A DNA stretch of 64,000 bases. Origin: Candidatus Poribacteria bacterium. GTDB taxonomy: Bacteria; Poribacteria; WGA-4E; WGA-3G. The stretch is taken from NCBI GenBank assembly GCA_965205015.1, contig OZ242029.1, forward strand, positions 2,176,001-2,240,000. Reading direction: 5' to 3'. The notes under the pieces are model-generated. The model was not told where the DNA came from and did not search any database. It worked only from the letters and a program-made list of their open reading frames with translations. Within the stretch, counting starts at the first letter, position 1; each line of letters begins with the position of its first letter. Both the position numbers and the translations under genes were made by a program. Positions 47,158-57,768 of this stretch are shown one piece after another.

Positions 47158-47949
47158 TTAAAGATTCGCGAGTGCCTCCTGCTCTTCCTTTTGCCATGGA
47201 CGATGCGCCGGTGTATCCAGTTTCTTGGGCGGTCCGCCAAACACGAGAATATACGCTCTACGCGCCTCCGGTGTACTGTTCGACGCAGAATAGTGTAATG
47301 TCCGACAGTGATGGAAAGTCGCACCGCCTGCCGGTATCGGGCATGCCACTGCCTCTGATACGTCAACATCATCTGTCACCAACCCGTGTACCAGCGGATC
47401 GTTATCAATGTGTCGATGCCAACGCACCGCGCCTTTATGGGATTTCGGGATAAATTGGAGGCAGCCACTTTCAATTGTCGCCGTGTCGAGCGGAAGCCAA
47501 ACACTCAGGCTGTGTGGGAGCACCTCAGGATTCCAGTACGCTTCATCTTGATGCCACGGCGTTTCATTGCCGTAGTGCGCAGGCTTCAAAATCATGTGTC
47601 CACCGCCGCTCACCTTGTCAGTCGCTACGCTGAGCAATTTCGCGGCGAGCCGCTGGGCATTTCGGAAATAGACAGTCTCACGAAGTTCTGGAAACTGTGC
47701 CTCTGGACCTAACACTTGCGGCAACGTCTCACGTCCCTTGTGCGCACGTGGACCCGCAAGATCGAAATACCGTCCCTCCGCTTCGCCAGTCCGTTCCGTG
47801 AAGAGTTCATCGTAAATGCCTTTGAGCCATTCCACCTCTTCATCTGTGGTAATACGCGGAATACTCAGGTACCCGTTTTCTTGAAAGAAAACGACCTGTT
47901 CGTCAGTTACATCAACGTGCAAATTATCGTTGGATTTCATCGAATTCAC
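47158..47949 (-). CDS. PhyH-family dioxygenase
   Basis: FQENGY, TPWHQDEAYW, GCLQFIPKSH, LHYS. Confidence 0.9.
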   Translation of the reverse strand: MNSMKSNDNLHVDVTDEQVVFFQENGYLSIPRITTDEEVEWLKGIYDELFTERTGEAEGRYFDLAGPRAHKGRETLPQVLGPEAQFPELRETVYFRNAQRLAAKLLSVATDKVSGGGHMILKPAHYGNETPWHQDEAYWNPEVLPHSLSVWLPLDTATIESGCLQFIPKSHKGAVRWHRHIDNDPLVHGLVTDDVDVSEAVACPIPAGGATFHHCRTLHYSASNSTPEARRAYILVFGGPPKKLDTPAHRPWQKEEQEALANL

Positions 47950-49763
47950 CGAATTAAAAGGTCGTAAGGTAAAATTGTTACCACTTGTGTTCCATCTTCA
48001 AAACCAAACAGGTTTAGCCACGTAACGACATGTTGCCACTGCGCGCCAAACAAGGATAGCACCGGATGAGTCGCCGTCAATTCAAGCGGCATCCGAATCG
48101 AGCCCCCCATATCCTCGATCATCCGTTCCATGAGTTGCTCGAAAAAAGGTTTCTGCTTCGGCAACACGATAAGGTTAACCTCGTCATCGTCGGCAAAACC
48201 CGCCTGCGCTTTGGTGATAGACAGTGCAGTGTCAAGCCCACCGAATTCATCAACGAGCCCAAGTGCTTTCGCCTGTTTACCTGTCCAGACGCGCCCTTGT
48301 GCGATCTCATCGACTTCATCAAAGGATTTATCTCTACCTTCCGCCGCCTTACTGACAAAGTCCTTATACACCGTTTTCATCATCTTTTCGACGCGTTCCC
48401 GCTCGGTTGGTGTGAAACCGCCGTAGTCCGAATAGAGGGTGGCGTTCTGACCGTGTGCGATGATCTCCTTCGTCAAACCGATTTTGTTATAAAACCCCTT
48501 CATGTTCAGCTTACCACCGAACACACCAATTGAGCCTGTTAGCGTACTGGGGTGTGCGACGATTGTCCCTGCCGCCATCGCAATGTAATAGCCACCAGAC
48601 GCCGCGATATCACCCATAGAAACGACAACCGGCTTTTCGCGTTGTGTGAGCATCACTTCCCGCCAGATCAGATCCGATGCGAGCGCAGAACCCCCTGGAC
48701 TATTTACACGTAGCACAACTGCCCGAACGGTATCATCGGTGCGCGCTTTTTTGAACGCTGCCTTCAACTTGCTCGGCATAATTACCGACGTTGGCGGCAA
48801 TAACTGATTAATATCCGGTAAAATCGGTCCGTTGGCATAGATCAGCGCAATCTGATTTTCCGCTGTGCTTTTTGCACGCTGCGGTGGATTTAACAGATTC
48901 AGCAGCTGCATGAGTCCGGCGAGACTATTCATATCCGGCACATTTCGCTTGCGCTCGTAATCCGGTTTGACGACCTGAACATCTTCGTCTGGAAATGCTG
49001 TCTTTAAGGCATCAAGGAGTTCGTCATAGTATTGCAACGCGTCAACCAATTTCTCCCGCTGTGCCTCTTCCGCTGTGAACGGTCCGCTGTTTATCAAATC
49101 CGACACGTCTTCAACGGTGACACCGTCTCGGCTCTCCGCAATATGTGCCAGCAATTGGGCGTATAAATCGTCCAGCAACGCAGTCATCGACTCACGAAAC
49201 GCGTCAGACATGCCGTTCCGCATATAGGGTTCAACGCCGGATTTGTATTTTCCCATTGCCAACATATCGGCTTCGATGTCCAGCTTATCCAGCAGTCCCT
49301 TATAGAACAAGACTTCGGCGCGTAACCCCGTTAAGTTGAGACTTCCGGCAGGCATCAGGACAACGCGATCCATCGCAGCGGCGAGGAGATATTCGGCATT
49401 GCCACCGCTTTCGAGATACCCGATCGTCTCTTTTTCGGTTTCCCGAAATTCGTGAAGTTTATTGCGAATTTCTTGGAGCGTTGCCCACCCGATGCTAACA
49501 TTGTTTATTTTGAAGATAATCCCGGCAATGTCATCATCTGTTTTGAGCGTATCTAATTTTTTAAAAAGCCCGCGTAGCGTTTTCGTCGAGGAGGTTCCAA
49601 AGGTGTTGACTGTTTTGGTATCGGTGTAGGTGCCGCCCAGTGTGAACGCAACATATTTTTTAACGGGGGGAACGACTTCTTCCGTCGCCTGTTCCTCAGC
49701 GAATACCGGCGAGACGAGCACAAGCAACGCCAGTAGAAACGCGCATTTTTGTAAGAATCTCAT
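47946..49763 (-). CDS. sppA: Signal peptide peptidase SppA, two-domain (67K) type
   Basis: GKYKS, RVNSPGGSALAS, SMGDIAASGGYY, TGSIGV, IAQGRVWTG. Confidence 0.93.
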   Translation of the reverse strand: MRFLQKCAFLLALLVLVSPVFAEEQATEEVVPPVKKYVAFTLGGTYTDTKTVNTFGTSSTKTLRGLFKKLDTLKTDDDIAGIIFKINNVSIGWATLQEIRNKLHEFRETEKETIGYLESGGNAEYLLAAAMDRVVLMPAGSLNLTGLRAEVLFYKGLLDKLDIEADMLAMGKYKSGVEPYMRNGMSDAFRESMTALLDDLYAQLLAHIAESRDGVTVEDVSDLINSGPFTAEEAQREKLVDALQYYDELLDALKTAFPDEDVQVVKPDYERKRNVPDMNSLAGLMQLLNLLNPPQRAKSTAENQIALIYANGPILPDINQLLPPTSVIMPSKLKAAFKKARTDDTVRAVVLRVNSPGGSALASDLIWREVMLTQREKPVVVSMGDIAASGGYYIAMAAGTIVAHPSTLTGSIGVFGGKLNMKGFYNKIGLTKEIIAHGQNATLYSDYGGFTPTERERVEKMMKTVYKDFVSKAAEGRDKSFDEVDEIAQGRVWTGKQAKALGLVDEFGGLDTALSITKAQAGFADDDEVNLIVLPKQKPFFEQLMERMIEDMGGSIRMPLELTATHPVLSLFGAQWQHVVTWLNLFGFEDGTQVVTILPYDLLIR

Positions 49764-49853
49764 TGATTTTTCCTCTCTTTTGGCATCCAATTTGACTTCA
49801 CCATTCTACCATAAAACGGCAGGTGTGTCAAGTCGCAAATCCTTTGCCCTTTT

Positions 49854-52022
49854 TTATTCTCCAATCTGCCGGGCAATGAGCGTCAAATCCAAAATGTTGA
49901 CGATCCCGTCCCCATTGAGATCGGGCGAATCCTGCCCAAAACGCGAGGCGATAAACGTCATATCCAGGATATTTACAACACCGTCGGCATTGACATCAGC
50001 AGGCTCCCGCGCATTCTGCTCAAAACGCTCAGCGATAAACGTTAAATCTAAGGCGTTGACGACACCATCGCCGTTGGCATCCCACGGAACTTGTGAAGGT
50101 TCGGATGCCAGCTCCCACAGCAGAATAGTGCCGTCCCAACTTCCACTCGCAAACGTCCTGCTATCGGGTGAAAAGATTAACTGTGTTATATCTTTTGTAT
50201 GCCCTTTGAGAATAGCCATAGGCAATTCTTGCGGTTCGTCCGTCCGGAAGGTAGATGCATCCCACAGCAGAATTGTACCGTCCCAACCTCCACTCGCAAA
50301 CGTCTCACCATCCGGCGAAAATGCTAACGCACCCACCTCGCCTGTGTGCCCTCTGAGCGTCGAAAGCCGCTCAGCAGTGTCTGCATCCCATAGCTGAATC
50401 GGTCCATAAGTCCCGCTACTTGCCAAGGTTTTACTATCCGGCGAGAACGCCAATCCAAAGACATCATCCCTACGTCCGCCAACCCGCTCCTGTTTACCAA
50501 GCGTCGCGCGATGTTGCCCCGAAGCGACATCCCACAAAAGAACCGCACTGTCCCCACCACCACTTGCCAACGTCTTGCCATCCGGCGAAAACGCCAACTC
50601 AAAAATCCAGTGTATATGCCCTTCAAGGGTGGCTTGGCGTTCTCCAGTTGCTAAATCCCACAGAAAAATCACATCGTTTTCACTCGTACTCGCAAGGGTT
50701 CTACCGTCTGGAGAAAACGCCGCTGTCCCGAAGAAATCTGGCAACATGAGGAGCGTCTGTGCGCCACCAGTTGCATGCCAGAGATAAACCGTGCCTTCAG
50801 AACTTACCCTATTGATATAAGCTATACCATTCAGTAAAAACGCCGCGGCTCTAATCCAACGGTTATGTCCGGTAAAGACGGATTCCTGCTCTTGTGCTGT
50901 TTCTGCATTCCATAGACGGAGGATACCATCCTCACTTCCATTCATAAGCATGCTCCCATCTGGAGAAAAGTCAAGTGCCGTAATAATCCCTGGGTAGGCA
51001 TGGAGAACGGTCTTCAGTTGAATATCAACAGTGTTTGAGGTCTGCAGGGTATCAAGGCTCCACAAGCGAACCGTATTATCATCACCTACACTGGCAAGTG
51101 TTCTGCTATCCGGGGAGAACGCGACGGAATAGATGTGCCATCTATGTGCTGCGAGCGTCCCGCGCTGTTGTCCGGTGTCTGCATCCCACAAGCGCATTGT
51201 ACCGTTTCCACCCCCACTGGCAAGGCGTGTACCGTCGGGTGAGAACGCAACGGCAGAAACAAAATGTGTATGCCCAGTCAGACGCTCGCGATGTTGGTTC
51301 GTGTTCGTATCCCACAAACGAATTGTATTGGTGCTGTCGCCACTGACGAGGGTTGCACCCTCTGATGAGAATGCCAAAGCCCAGACTCGAGCTCCCCTAA
51401 AAATAATATCGTGTTCGCCAGTATTGACATCCCATAACCGAACCGTGCCATCCCGACTGCCACTTGCAAGTGTTCTACCATCCGGTGAAAACTTCACAGT
51501 TCTGAGGCCTTCCGTGTGTCCCGTAAAGGTCGCATGATGTTGGGCAGTTGTGGCATCCCACAACTGAACGATATTTTCATAATCCGCGCCACTCGCAAGC
51601 ATGCTGCCATCGGGGGAAAACGCGAGTGTTACGATCGGTCGTTCATGTCCTTTGAGTGTCGTCCGTAGCTCCCTGGTAGAGACATCCCACAGGAGAAGCG
51701 TCCCATCTGTCCCACCACCGACAAGGACTGTCCCATCCGGCGAATACGCACAGGACCGAGTGCCGCGCGTCCGATCCGTGAGCAGATCAATCTCTTGGTA
51801 TGTCTGGGCATCATAAAGCCAGATGCCTATCGAACTCGCTACGGCGATTTGGGTCCCATCTGGCGAGAACTGAACGTCAGTGGGACTGCCTTTACTCAGC
51901 CGCGCACTCGCACCTTCGGGTAAACGCCAGCGAGCGAAATCTACCGTGAAACCTTCGTGCGAAAACAGAACAAAAGTGGATAGCAGAGAGAGAATAAAAA
52001 AGAGAATCTTCGTTTTTTGCAT
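49854..52022 (-). CDS. Secreted WD40-repeat protein with C-terminal dockerin-like repeats
   Basis: Signal peptide; many GH...AFSPDG..LASG..D..WD repeats; three D.N.DG.VN.LDL repeats. Confidence 0.9.
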   Translation of the reverse strand: MQKTKILFFILSLLSTFVLFSHEGFTVDFARWRLPEGASARLSKGSPTDVQFSPDGTQIAVASSIGIWLYDAQTYQEIDLLTDRTRGTRSCAYSPDGTVLVGGGTDGTLLLWDVSTRELRTTLKGHERPIVTLAFSPDGSMLASGADYENIVQLWDATTAQHHATFTGHTEGLRTVKFSPDGRTLASGSRDGTVRLWDVNTGEHDIIFRGARVWALAFSSEGATLVSGDSTNTIRLWDTNTNQHRERLTGHTHFVSAVAFSPDGTRLASGGGNGTMRLWDADTGQQRGTLAAHRWHIYSVAFSPDSRTLASVGDDNTVRLWSLDTLQTSNTVDIQLKTVLHAYPGIITALDFSPDGSMLMNGSEDGILRLWNAETAQEQESVFTGHNRWIRAAAFLLNGIAYINRVSSEGTVYLWHATGGAQTLLMLPDFFGTAAFSPDGRTLASTSENDVIFLWDLATGERQATLEGHIHWIFELAFSPDGKTLASGGGDSAVLLWDVASGQHRATLGKQERVGGRRDDVFGLAFSPDSKTLASSGTYGPIQLWDADTAERLSTLRGHTGEVGALAFSPDGETFASGGWDGTILLWDASTFRTDEPQELPMAILKGHTKDITQLIFSPDSRTFASGSWDGTILLWELASEPSQVPWDANGDGVVNALDLTFIAERFEQNAREPADVNADGVVNILDMTFIASRFGQDSPDLNGDGIVNILDLTLIARQIGE

Positions 52023-52025
52023 TTT

Positions 52026-54296
52026 CTACTCCACCTCCTCAGAAAGATGACTCGCCACGGATGTCAAATCCAAAATATTGACGATCCCGTCACCGTTGAC
52101 ATCCGCTGGGGCTTGCGCCAAACGTGAGGCAACCAGCGTCAAATCCAGGATATTGACGACCCCATCACCGTTGACATCGGGTGAATCCTGTCCGAAACTA
52201 TTGGCAACCAGCGTCAAGTCTTGGACATTAATGATCCCATCACCGTTGACATCCCACGGCGTTTGTGAAACCGGCACTAACGACGACGCACGCTCGCCAG
52301 GTGCGAGATCCCAAAGAAGAATCGTCCCATCCCAACTCCCACTTACGAGCGTCCCACCATCTGATGTAAATGCTAAGGCAACGATGCCCTGCGTATGTCC
52401 TTCAAAAGCACGCTGGTAGCTACCGATGGCCACATCCCATAGGATAACTGTATTGTCCTTGCCACCACTCGCGAGCGTCTTACCGTCCGGGGAGAAGGCG
52501 AGGGAATAGACATCATCCGTATGCCCACCATTGAGGGTGAAGAGACGGCTCTCAGTCCTTAGATCCCACAACCGAATTCCCTGATAGCCGGCACTGGCGA
52601 GAATAGTTCCATCTGGAGAAAACGTTACAACTGTCCCCGCTCGCCAGTGGGGACGCACCTCTCCAAGCGTGGTTTTCAGTTCTCCAGTCTCTGGATCCCA
52701 CAATCGAACCGCTCCATCCCAACGACCACTGGCGAGGGTGCTGCCATCTGGTGAAAACGCCATGGAATAAATGGTTTCTGCGGATTCTTCAAAGATTGTT
52801 TGTTGTTGACCCGTGTGAGCATCCCATAACCGAATCGGCTCTGTTCTACCCCCACTGGCGAGGGTGCTGCCATCTGGCGAAAATGCCAACGTAAGGACTT
52901 CGTCAGTATGCGCTGTAAGAATCACCTGTGGTTGGGAATCAATAACCGATGGTGATTGCTCAGTATTTATGTCCCATAACCGAATCGTCTTATCGTCGCT
53001 CGCACTGGCGAAGATTTTCCCATTCGGAGAGAATGCCAATGCATTCACCTGCCTTGTATGCGCTTTTAACGCTGTTTCTGATCGTTGTGTATCTATATTC
53101 CACAACAAAATCGGGGCTTCCCAATCTCCACTGGCACGTCTGGAACCGTAAGTTCCACTCGCAAGCGTCTGACTGTCCGGAGAGAGTGCCATAGTAGTAA
53201 GATGATCCGTATGACCTTTCAGGTCAGTTTTTTGGAGTTGCACACCACTAACATCCCACGCTCGAATTGTCCCATCGCGATTGGCACTACTGAAAGTCGT
53301 GCCGTTCGAGGAAAATACAATATCAGCAACTTCAGTCGGATGCGCGCTGAGTGCCCTGATGTGTTGTCCAGTGCTCGCGTCCCATAAACCGACTTCACCG
53401 CGTCGACTGCCACTGATAAGGGTTTTTCCATCTGGCGAAAACGCAACCGCTGTGAGCCAATCCGAACTTCCCATCAAAGTTGAGAGTTGGCTTTTAGTGC
53501 GTATATCCCACGAACGAATTGTTCGGTCCCAACTCGCACTGACGAGTGTTTTTCCATCTGGCGAAAACGCAACCGCTTCAATTTCAGACGTGTGTCCTTC
53601 AAACGTCGCGAGGTGTTGGCTTGTGGTGACATCCCACAACTGAACTATGTAATTATTGCTTGTCAGTGGCAGCGCATGCCCCCCATTGGCAAGGATGCTA
53701 CCATCTGGCGAGAACGCGAGTGCCCTTGCCCGCCCCGTCTGCGCATCCAGGATTGCCTTGTGCTGCCCGGTTTCTATATCCCACAAACGAACGGATCCAT
53801 AACTACTACTGGCGAGCGTTTTTCCATCCCGTGAGAACGCTACTGCCCAGATACCATACGTATGCTGCGTAAGGGAAACTCTATGTTGCCCGGTTTCTAC
53901 ATCCCACAAACGGATTGTGGTGTCCCCGCTACCACTGGCGAGGCTCTTGCTATCCGGCGAGAACGCCACGCTCCAGACGGGCTGCGTATGTCCCGTAAGC
54001 AAGGCGACCTCTGCACCGGTCTGCGCATGATAGAGCCAAACACCGATAGAACCCGCTACAGCAACCAAGGTCCCATCGGGTGAAAATTTTATATCGTTGA
54101 TAGTCCCTTTCCCAATGCGGGCTTTCGCACCTTCAGGTAACCGCAATTGTGTATAATCTTCGGCATGAACGTTGGATGGAAGGAGGATGGCAGTTAACAA
54201 GAAAAGCAAACCGAGAAAACAGGTCTGAATAGCATCACGCAGATATACACGTGTAGAAAGTGCCCCTATGCGGAAACGCAATTGCTTAGCCTTCAC
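52026..54296 (-). CDS. Secreted WD40-repeat protein with C-terminal dockerin-like repeats
   Basis: LPEGAKARIGKG lead-in, about 14 WD40 repeats, three DVNGDG..N..DL repeats; GGAGG RBS before GTG. Confidence 0.9.
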   Translation of the reverse strand: MKAKQLRFRIGALSTRVYLRDAIQTCFLGLLFLLTAILLPSNVHAEDYTQLRLPEGAKARIGKGTINDIKFSPDGTLVAVAGSIGVWLYHAQTGAEVALLTGHTQPVWSVAFSPDSKSLASGSGDTTIRLWDVETGQHRVSLTQHTYGIWAVAFSRDGKTLASSSYGSVRLWDIETGQHKAILDAQTGRARALAFSPDGSILANGGHALPLTSNNYIVQLWDVTTSQHLATFEGHTSEIEAVAFSPDGKTLVSASWDRTIRSWDIRTKSQLSTLMGSSDWLTAVAFSPDGKTLISGSRRGEVGLWDASTGQHIRALSAHPTEVADIVFSSNGTTFSSANRDGTIRAWDVSGVQLQKTDLKGHTDHLTTMALSPDSQTLASGTYGSRRASGDWEAPILLWNIDTQRSETALKAHTRQVNALAFSPNGKIFASASDDKTIRLWDINTEQSPSVIDSQPQVILTAHTDEVLTLAFSPDGSTLASGGRTEPIRLWDAHTGQQQTIFEESAETIYSMAFSPDGSTLASGRWDGAVRLWDPETGELKTTLGEVRPHWRAGTVVTFSPDGTILASAGYQGIRLWDLRTESRLFTLNGGHTDDVYSLAFSPDGKTLASGGKDNTVILWDVAIGSYQRAFEGHTQGIVALAFTSDGGTLVSGSWDGTILLWDLAPGERASSLVPVSQTPWDVNGDGIINVQDLTLVANSFGQDSPDVNGDGVVNILDLTLVASRLAQAPADVNGDGIVNILDLTSVASHLSEEVE

Positions 54297-54306
54297 AACT
54301 CACCTC

Positions 54307-55488
54307 CTATTTTCCGATATACTTTGCAACGAGTGTCAAATCTAAAACGTTAACAACACCATCACCGTTAAGATCCGGTGATGCCTGCCCGAAACGCGAT
54401 GCAATAAACGCCAAATCCAAGACATTCACGACCCTATCGTTATTGACATCCCACGGAATACGCGCCAGAGAAGCCGTCAAAGATCTCAGCTGAATAGTGC
54501 CATCAAGACTCGCGCTTGCGAGGGCTGTGCCATCAGAACTATCGGTATCCGGTAGGAACGCTAAGGCAAAAACTGGAGCGGTATACGCTTCAAATATTGC
54601 CTGTAACTGCCCGGTGGATAAATCCCACATACGGATTGTGTTATCCCAACCCGCACTCACAAGGGGGCTCCCATTAACCCCATAGACATCCGACGCAAAC
54701 GCTAAGGCAAGCACCGGTGTGGTGTGGTTTTCAAAGGTAGCGAGGAGATTTCCAGTGTGTATATGCCACACACGAATGGTACTCCCCGCCTCCGAACTCC
54801 AATATCCGCCGCTCGCTAAGGTTTGATTGTCCGGCGAAAAAGCGAGTGCCAGAATTGAGTCGGTATGTGCAGAGAGATTGTGTCGGAGTTGAAAAGTTTC
54901 CAAATCCCATAATAAGATTGTCCCATAAAAGCTCGCGCTTGCCAGCGTCTTGCTATCGGATGAGAACGCTAACGTGGTGACCATATCCCGATGTCCACGA
55001 AGGACTGTGGCACGACGCATCTGTCCCCAGGTTAAATCCCACAAACGAATCTCCTTGAAACTTCCACTGGCGAGCATGTTACCATCCGGAGAGAATGCCA
55101 ACGCTACGACTGGATCGGTATGGCTTGTAAAATCTATTATGTTTTCACGGGTCTGTGTGTTCCAGAGGTGGATAGTAGAATCTTCATTCGCACTTGCAAC
55201 GATGCGGTTGTCGGGAGAGAACGCCAGGGTCGTCACGTGCCCCATTGACGACGGTAGCAGCGCAAGGGTTTCACCGGTATAGATGTCATACACGGTGATA
55301 CCGTTTACGCCTGCGACAGCGAGGTGTGTGCCATCAGGAGAGAAAGTTATAGCGTTTATTGCCGTTGTTGGACCGAGGGATGCCGCATCGCCTTCAAATA
55401 CCTGCCATTGCGTCACATCTTGGGCAAGGCTGCTCGGTAGGAACAAGACATAAACGAACAGATAGATAAAGATTCGGTGATGTTTCAC
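54307..55488 (-). CDS. Secreted WD40 protein (single propeller) with dockerin-like domain
   Basis: Signal peptide, about 7 WD40 repeats, two D.N.D.VVNVLDL repeats. Confidence 0.9.
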   Translation of the reverse strand: MKHHRIFIYLFVYVLFLPSSLAQDVTQWQVFEGDAASLGPTTAINAITFSPDGTHLAVAGVNGITVYDIYTGETLALLPSSMGHVTTLAFSPDNRIVASANEDSTIHLWNTQTRENIIDFTSHTDPVVALAFSPDGNMLASGSFKEIRLWDLTWGQMRRATVLRGHRDMVTTLAFSSDSKTLASASFYGTILLWDLETFQLRHNLSAHTDSILALAFSPDNQTLASGGYWSSEAGSTIRVWHIHTGNLLATFENHTTPVLALAFASDVYGVNGSPLVSAGWDNTIRMWDLSTGQLQAIFEAYTAPVFALAFLPDTDSSDGTALASASLDGTIQLRSLTASLARIPWDVNNDRVVNVLDLAFIASRFGQASPDLNGDGVVNVLDLTLVAKYIGK

Positions 55489-55495
55489 GGTTCAA

Positions 55496-55613
55496 TAGTC
55501 GTCGGTTGTCAGTACGGGTTTTCTACGAAAACCCTTTCAGTTTTCGGTTAAGAGATATTCGTTTAACAACACCCTCTTTTAACTGATAACTGACAACTGA
55601 AGACTGATGGCTA
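55496..55613. repeat. Heptamer-built imperfect palindromic intergenic element
   Basis: TAGTCGTCGGTTGTCAG...TCAGTTTTCGGTTAAGAG...CTCTTTTAACTGATAACTGACAACTGAAGACTGATGGCTA. Confidence 0.7.
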
Positions 55614-57101
55614 TTAAAGGATATATCTGCTCAGATCCTGATCTTTGACAATTTCCGACAATTCCGACCTGACGTACGCCGCATCAATCGTGATGTGCTT
55701 TTTTTCGAGGTTAGGTGCATCAAAAAAGAGGTTCTCGAAGAGTTTTTCCATAATCGTATGCAGACGGCGTGCACCGATATCCTCAACCGATTCGTTAACT
55801 TGAAAGGCAAGCGCAGCGATCTCGTCAATCGCATCATCGGTAATAGTCGCTTCAATACCTTCAGTACTTAACAATGCGGCATACTGTTTCACCAGCGCGT
55901 TCTTCGGTTCCGTCAGAATAGATTTAAAGTCATCCTTATTCAGACTTTTGAGTTCGACTCGGATCGGAAACCTCCCCTGTAACTCCGGAATAAGGTCAGA
56001 CGGGCTTGAGACATGGAACGCACCCGCGGCAATGAACAGGATGTGATGCGTACGGACGGCTCCGTATTTCGAGGTCACTGTGCTACCTTCGATAATAGGA
56101 AGGATATCCCGTTGCACCCCTTCACGCGAAATGTCAGGTCCATGCCGAGATTCCCTACCTGCAATCTTATCAATCTCGTCCAAAAAAACGATGCCAGAGT
56201 CTTCAACCCGTTGAATCGCTTCGGTGATGACCGCATCCATATCAATAAGTTTTTCGGATTCCTCCTGCATCAAGATAGTTCGCGCTTCAGAGACGGGAAC
56301 TCGCCGTTTCTTTGTCTGATTCGGTAGGATGTTACTGAACATATCCTTGAAATTGATATCCATCTCCTCAATACCGCCGGGTGAGAAAATTTCTACAAAA
56401 GGCATGTTCTGATGCTTCACATTGATTTCAACGGGTTTCTCCTCAAGTCTACCTTCGCGTAGCCACTCTCTAAATTTCTCTCTCGTCTTCAAATAACGTT
56501 CGCGCTCCTTCTCTCTGGCTTCCTCGGCTTCATCGTCCACGTCGGGACCCAGGTCAAATGGAAGTTGCAGGACACCATCATCGTCCTCCTCCGGTTCGTC
56601 GAGTGGATCGTCCTCTTGTAAACGGGGCCGTCGCTGGAGTGAACGTGGAACCGGAAAAATGCAATCAAGCAGTCGTTCTTCAGTTGATTCCTGTGCTTTT
56701 TCTTCAACCGCCTCCGTTTGCTCGGCTTTGACGCGGCTAATAGCGGTTTCGGTGAGATCGCGAATCATTGATTCAACATCTCGACCCACGTAACCGATTT
56801 CGGTATATTTTGATGCCTCTACTTTGATGAAAGGCGCGTCAACAAGGCGCGCCAGCCTACGGGCGATTTCGGTTTTTCCCACGCCCGTTGAACCGATCAT
56901 AATTATGTTTTTCGGCGACACTTCGTCTTGCATGTCTTCTGCCAACATCTGCCGCCGTGCGCGGTTGCGAAGCGCAATAGCAACACAGCGTTTCGCCTCA
57001 AACTGCCCAACGATATACTTATCCAATTCCTCAACGATCTGTCGAGGGGTCAGAGCGCCTGCTAAAGTGTTCTCCTCACGTTTTACTTTTGGTCTTTCCA
57101 A
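55614..57101 (-). CDS. hslU: ATP-dependent protease ATPase subunit HslU
   Basis: [44 protein letters not shown]-terminal DLSRYIL. Confidence 0.97.
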   Translation of the reverse strand: MERPKVKREENTLAGALTPRQIVEELDKYIVGQFEAKRCVAIALRNRARRQMLAEDMQDEVSPKNIIMIGSTGVGKTEIARRLARLVDAPFIKVEASKYTEIGYVGRDVESMIRDLTETAISRVKAEQTEAVEEKAQESTEERLLDCIFPVPRSLQRRPRLQEDDPLDEPEEDDDGVLQLPFDLGPDVDDEAEEAREKERERYLKTREKFREWLREGRLEEKPVEINVKHQNMPFVEIFSPGGIEEMDINFKDMFSNILPNQTKKRRVPVSEARTILMQEESEKLIDMDAVITEAIQRVEDSGIVFLDEIDKIAGRESRHGPDISREGVQRDILPIIEGSTVTSKYGAVRTHHILFIAAGAFHVSSPSDLIPELQGRFPIRVELKSLNKDDFKSILTEPKNALVKQYAALLSTEGIEATITDDAIDEIAALAFQVNESVEDIGARRLHTIMEKLFENLFFDAPNLEKKHITIDAAYVRSELSEIVKDQDLSRYIL

Positions 57102-57119
57102 AGGTAAACCTCCGTAAAA

Positions 57120-57213
57120 TGGCTATCAGCTATCGGAAACCATCAGCGATCAGAAACGATACTCACACCAGAGTGCTCTACTGACTGCTGATGGAACCGA
57201 CCGCTGACGGCTA
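57120..57213. repeat. Heptamer-built imperfect palindromic intergenic element
   Basis: TGGCTATCAGCTATCGGAAACCATCAGCGATCAG pairs with CTGACTGCTGATGGAACCGACCGCTGACGGCTA. Confidence 0.7.
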
Positions 57214-57747
57214 TTTCTCTATCGTGTCAACTTCAATTCTCGCATTTGTGTAAATACAAATTTCACTCGTCAGTTGGAGTGCTTCTGAAATAATCTCTCG
57301 TGCGGTCAAGTCTGAGTATTTAAGCAGTGCCTTTGCTGCTGCTAAGGCAATGGAACCCCCGGAACCGATTGCCAGCACATCATCGTCAGGCGAAATTACG
57401 TCGCCGCTCCCAGAAATGAGATAACTGTCGTCGGCATCCGCGGCGATTAATAACGCGTCTACCTGTCTCAAAACCCTATCGCTACGCCATTCCCGCGCGA
57501 GTTCCACCGCTGATTTCTGAAGATTCCCACGATACTGCTCCAGTTTCTTCTCCAGATTCTCATAGAGGGTGATCGCATCCGAGGCGGAACCCGCGAAACC
57601 GATCAGCACCTTATCATTATGAATTTTGCGTACTTTACGGGCACCGTGTTTAATCGCCGTATCCCCTAAAGTGACTTGACCATCACCCCCGATAGCGACC
57701 TCACCATCACGGCGAACGGCTAAAATCGTTGTTGAACGGATACGCAT
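57211..57747 (-). CDS. hslV: ATP-dependent protease subunit HslV
   Basis: STTILAV, GDGQVTLG, GFAGS, AIGSGG, ICIYTN. Confidence 0.97.
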   Translation of the reverse strand: MRIRSTTILAVRRDGEVAIGGDGQVTLGDTAIKHGARKVRKIHNDKVLIGFAGSASDAITLYENLEKKLEQYRGNLQKSAVELAREWRSDRVLRQVDALLIAADADDSYLISGSGDVISPDDDVLAIGSGGSIALAAAKALLKYSDLTAREIISEALQLTSEICIYTNARIEVDTIEK

Positions 57748-57768
57748 GCCTATAATTTTCCTTTCTGA

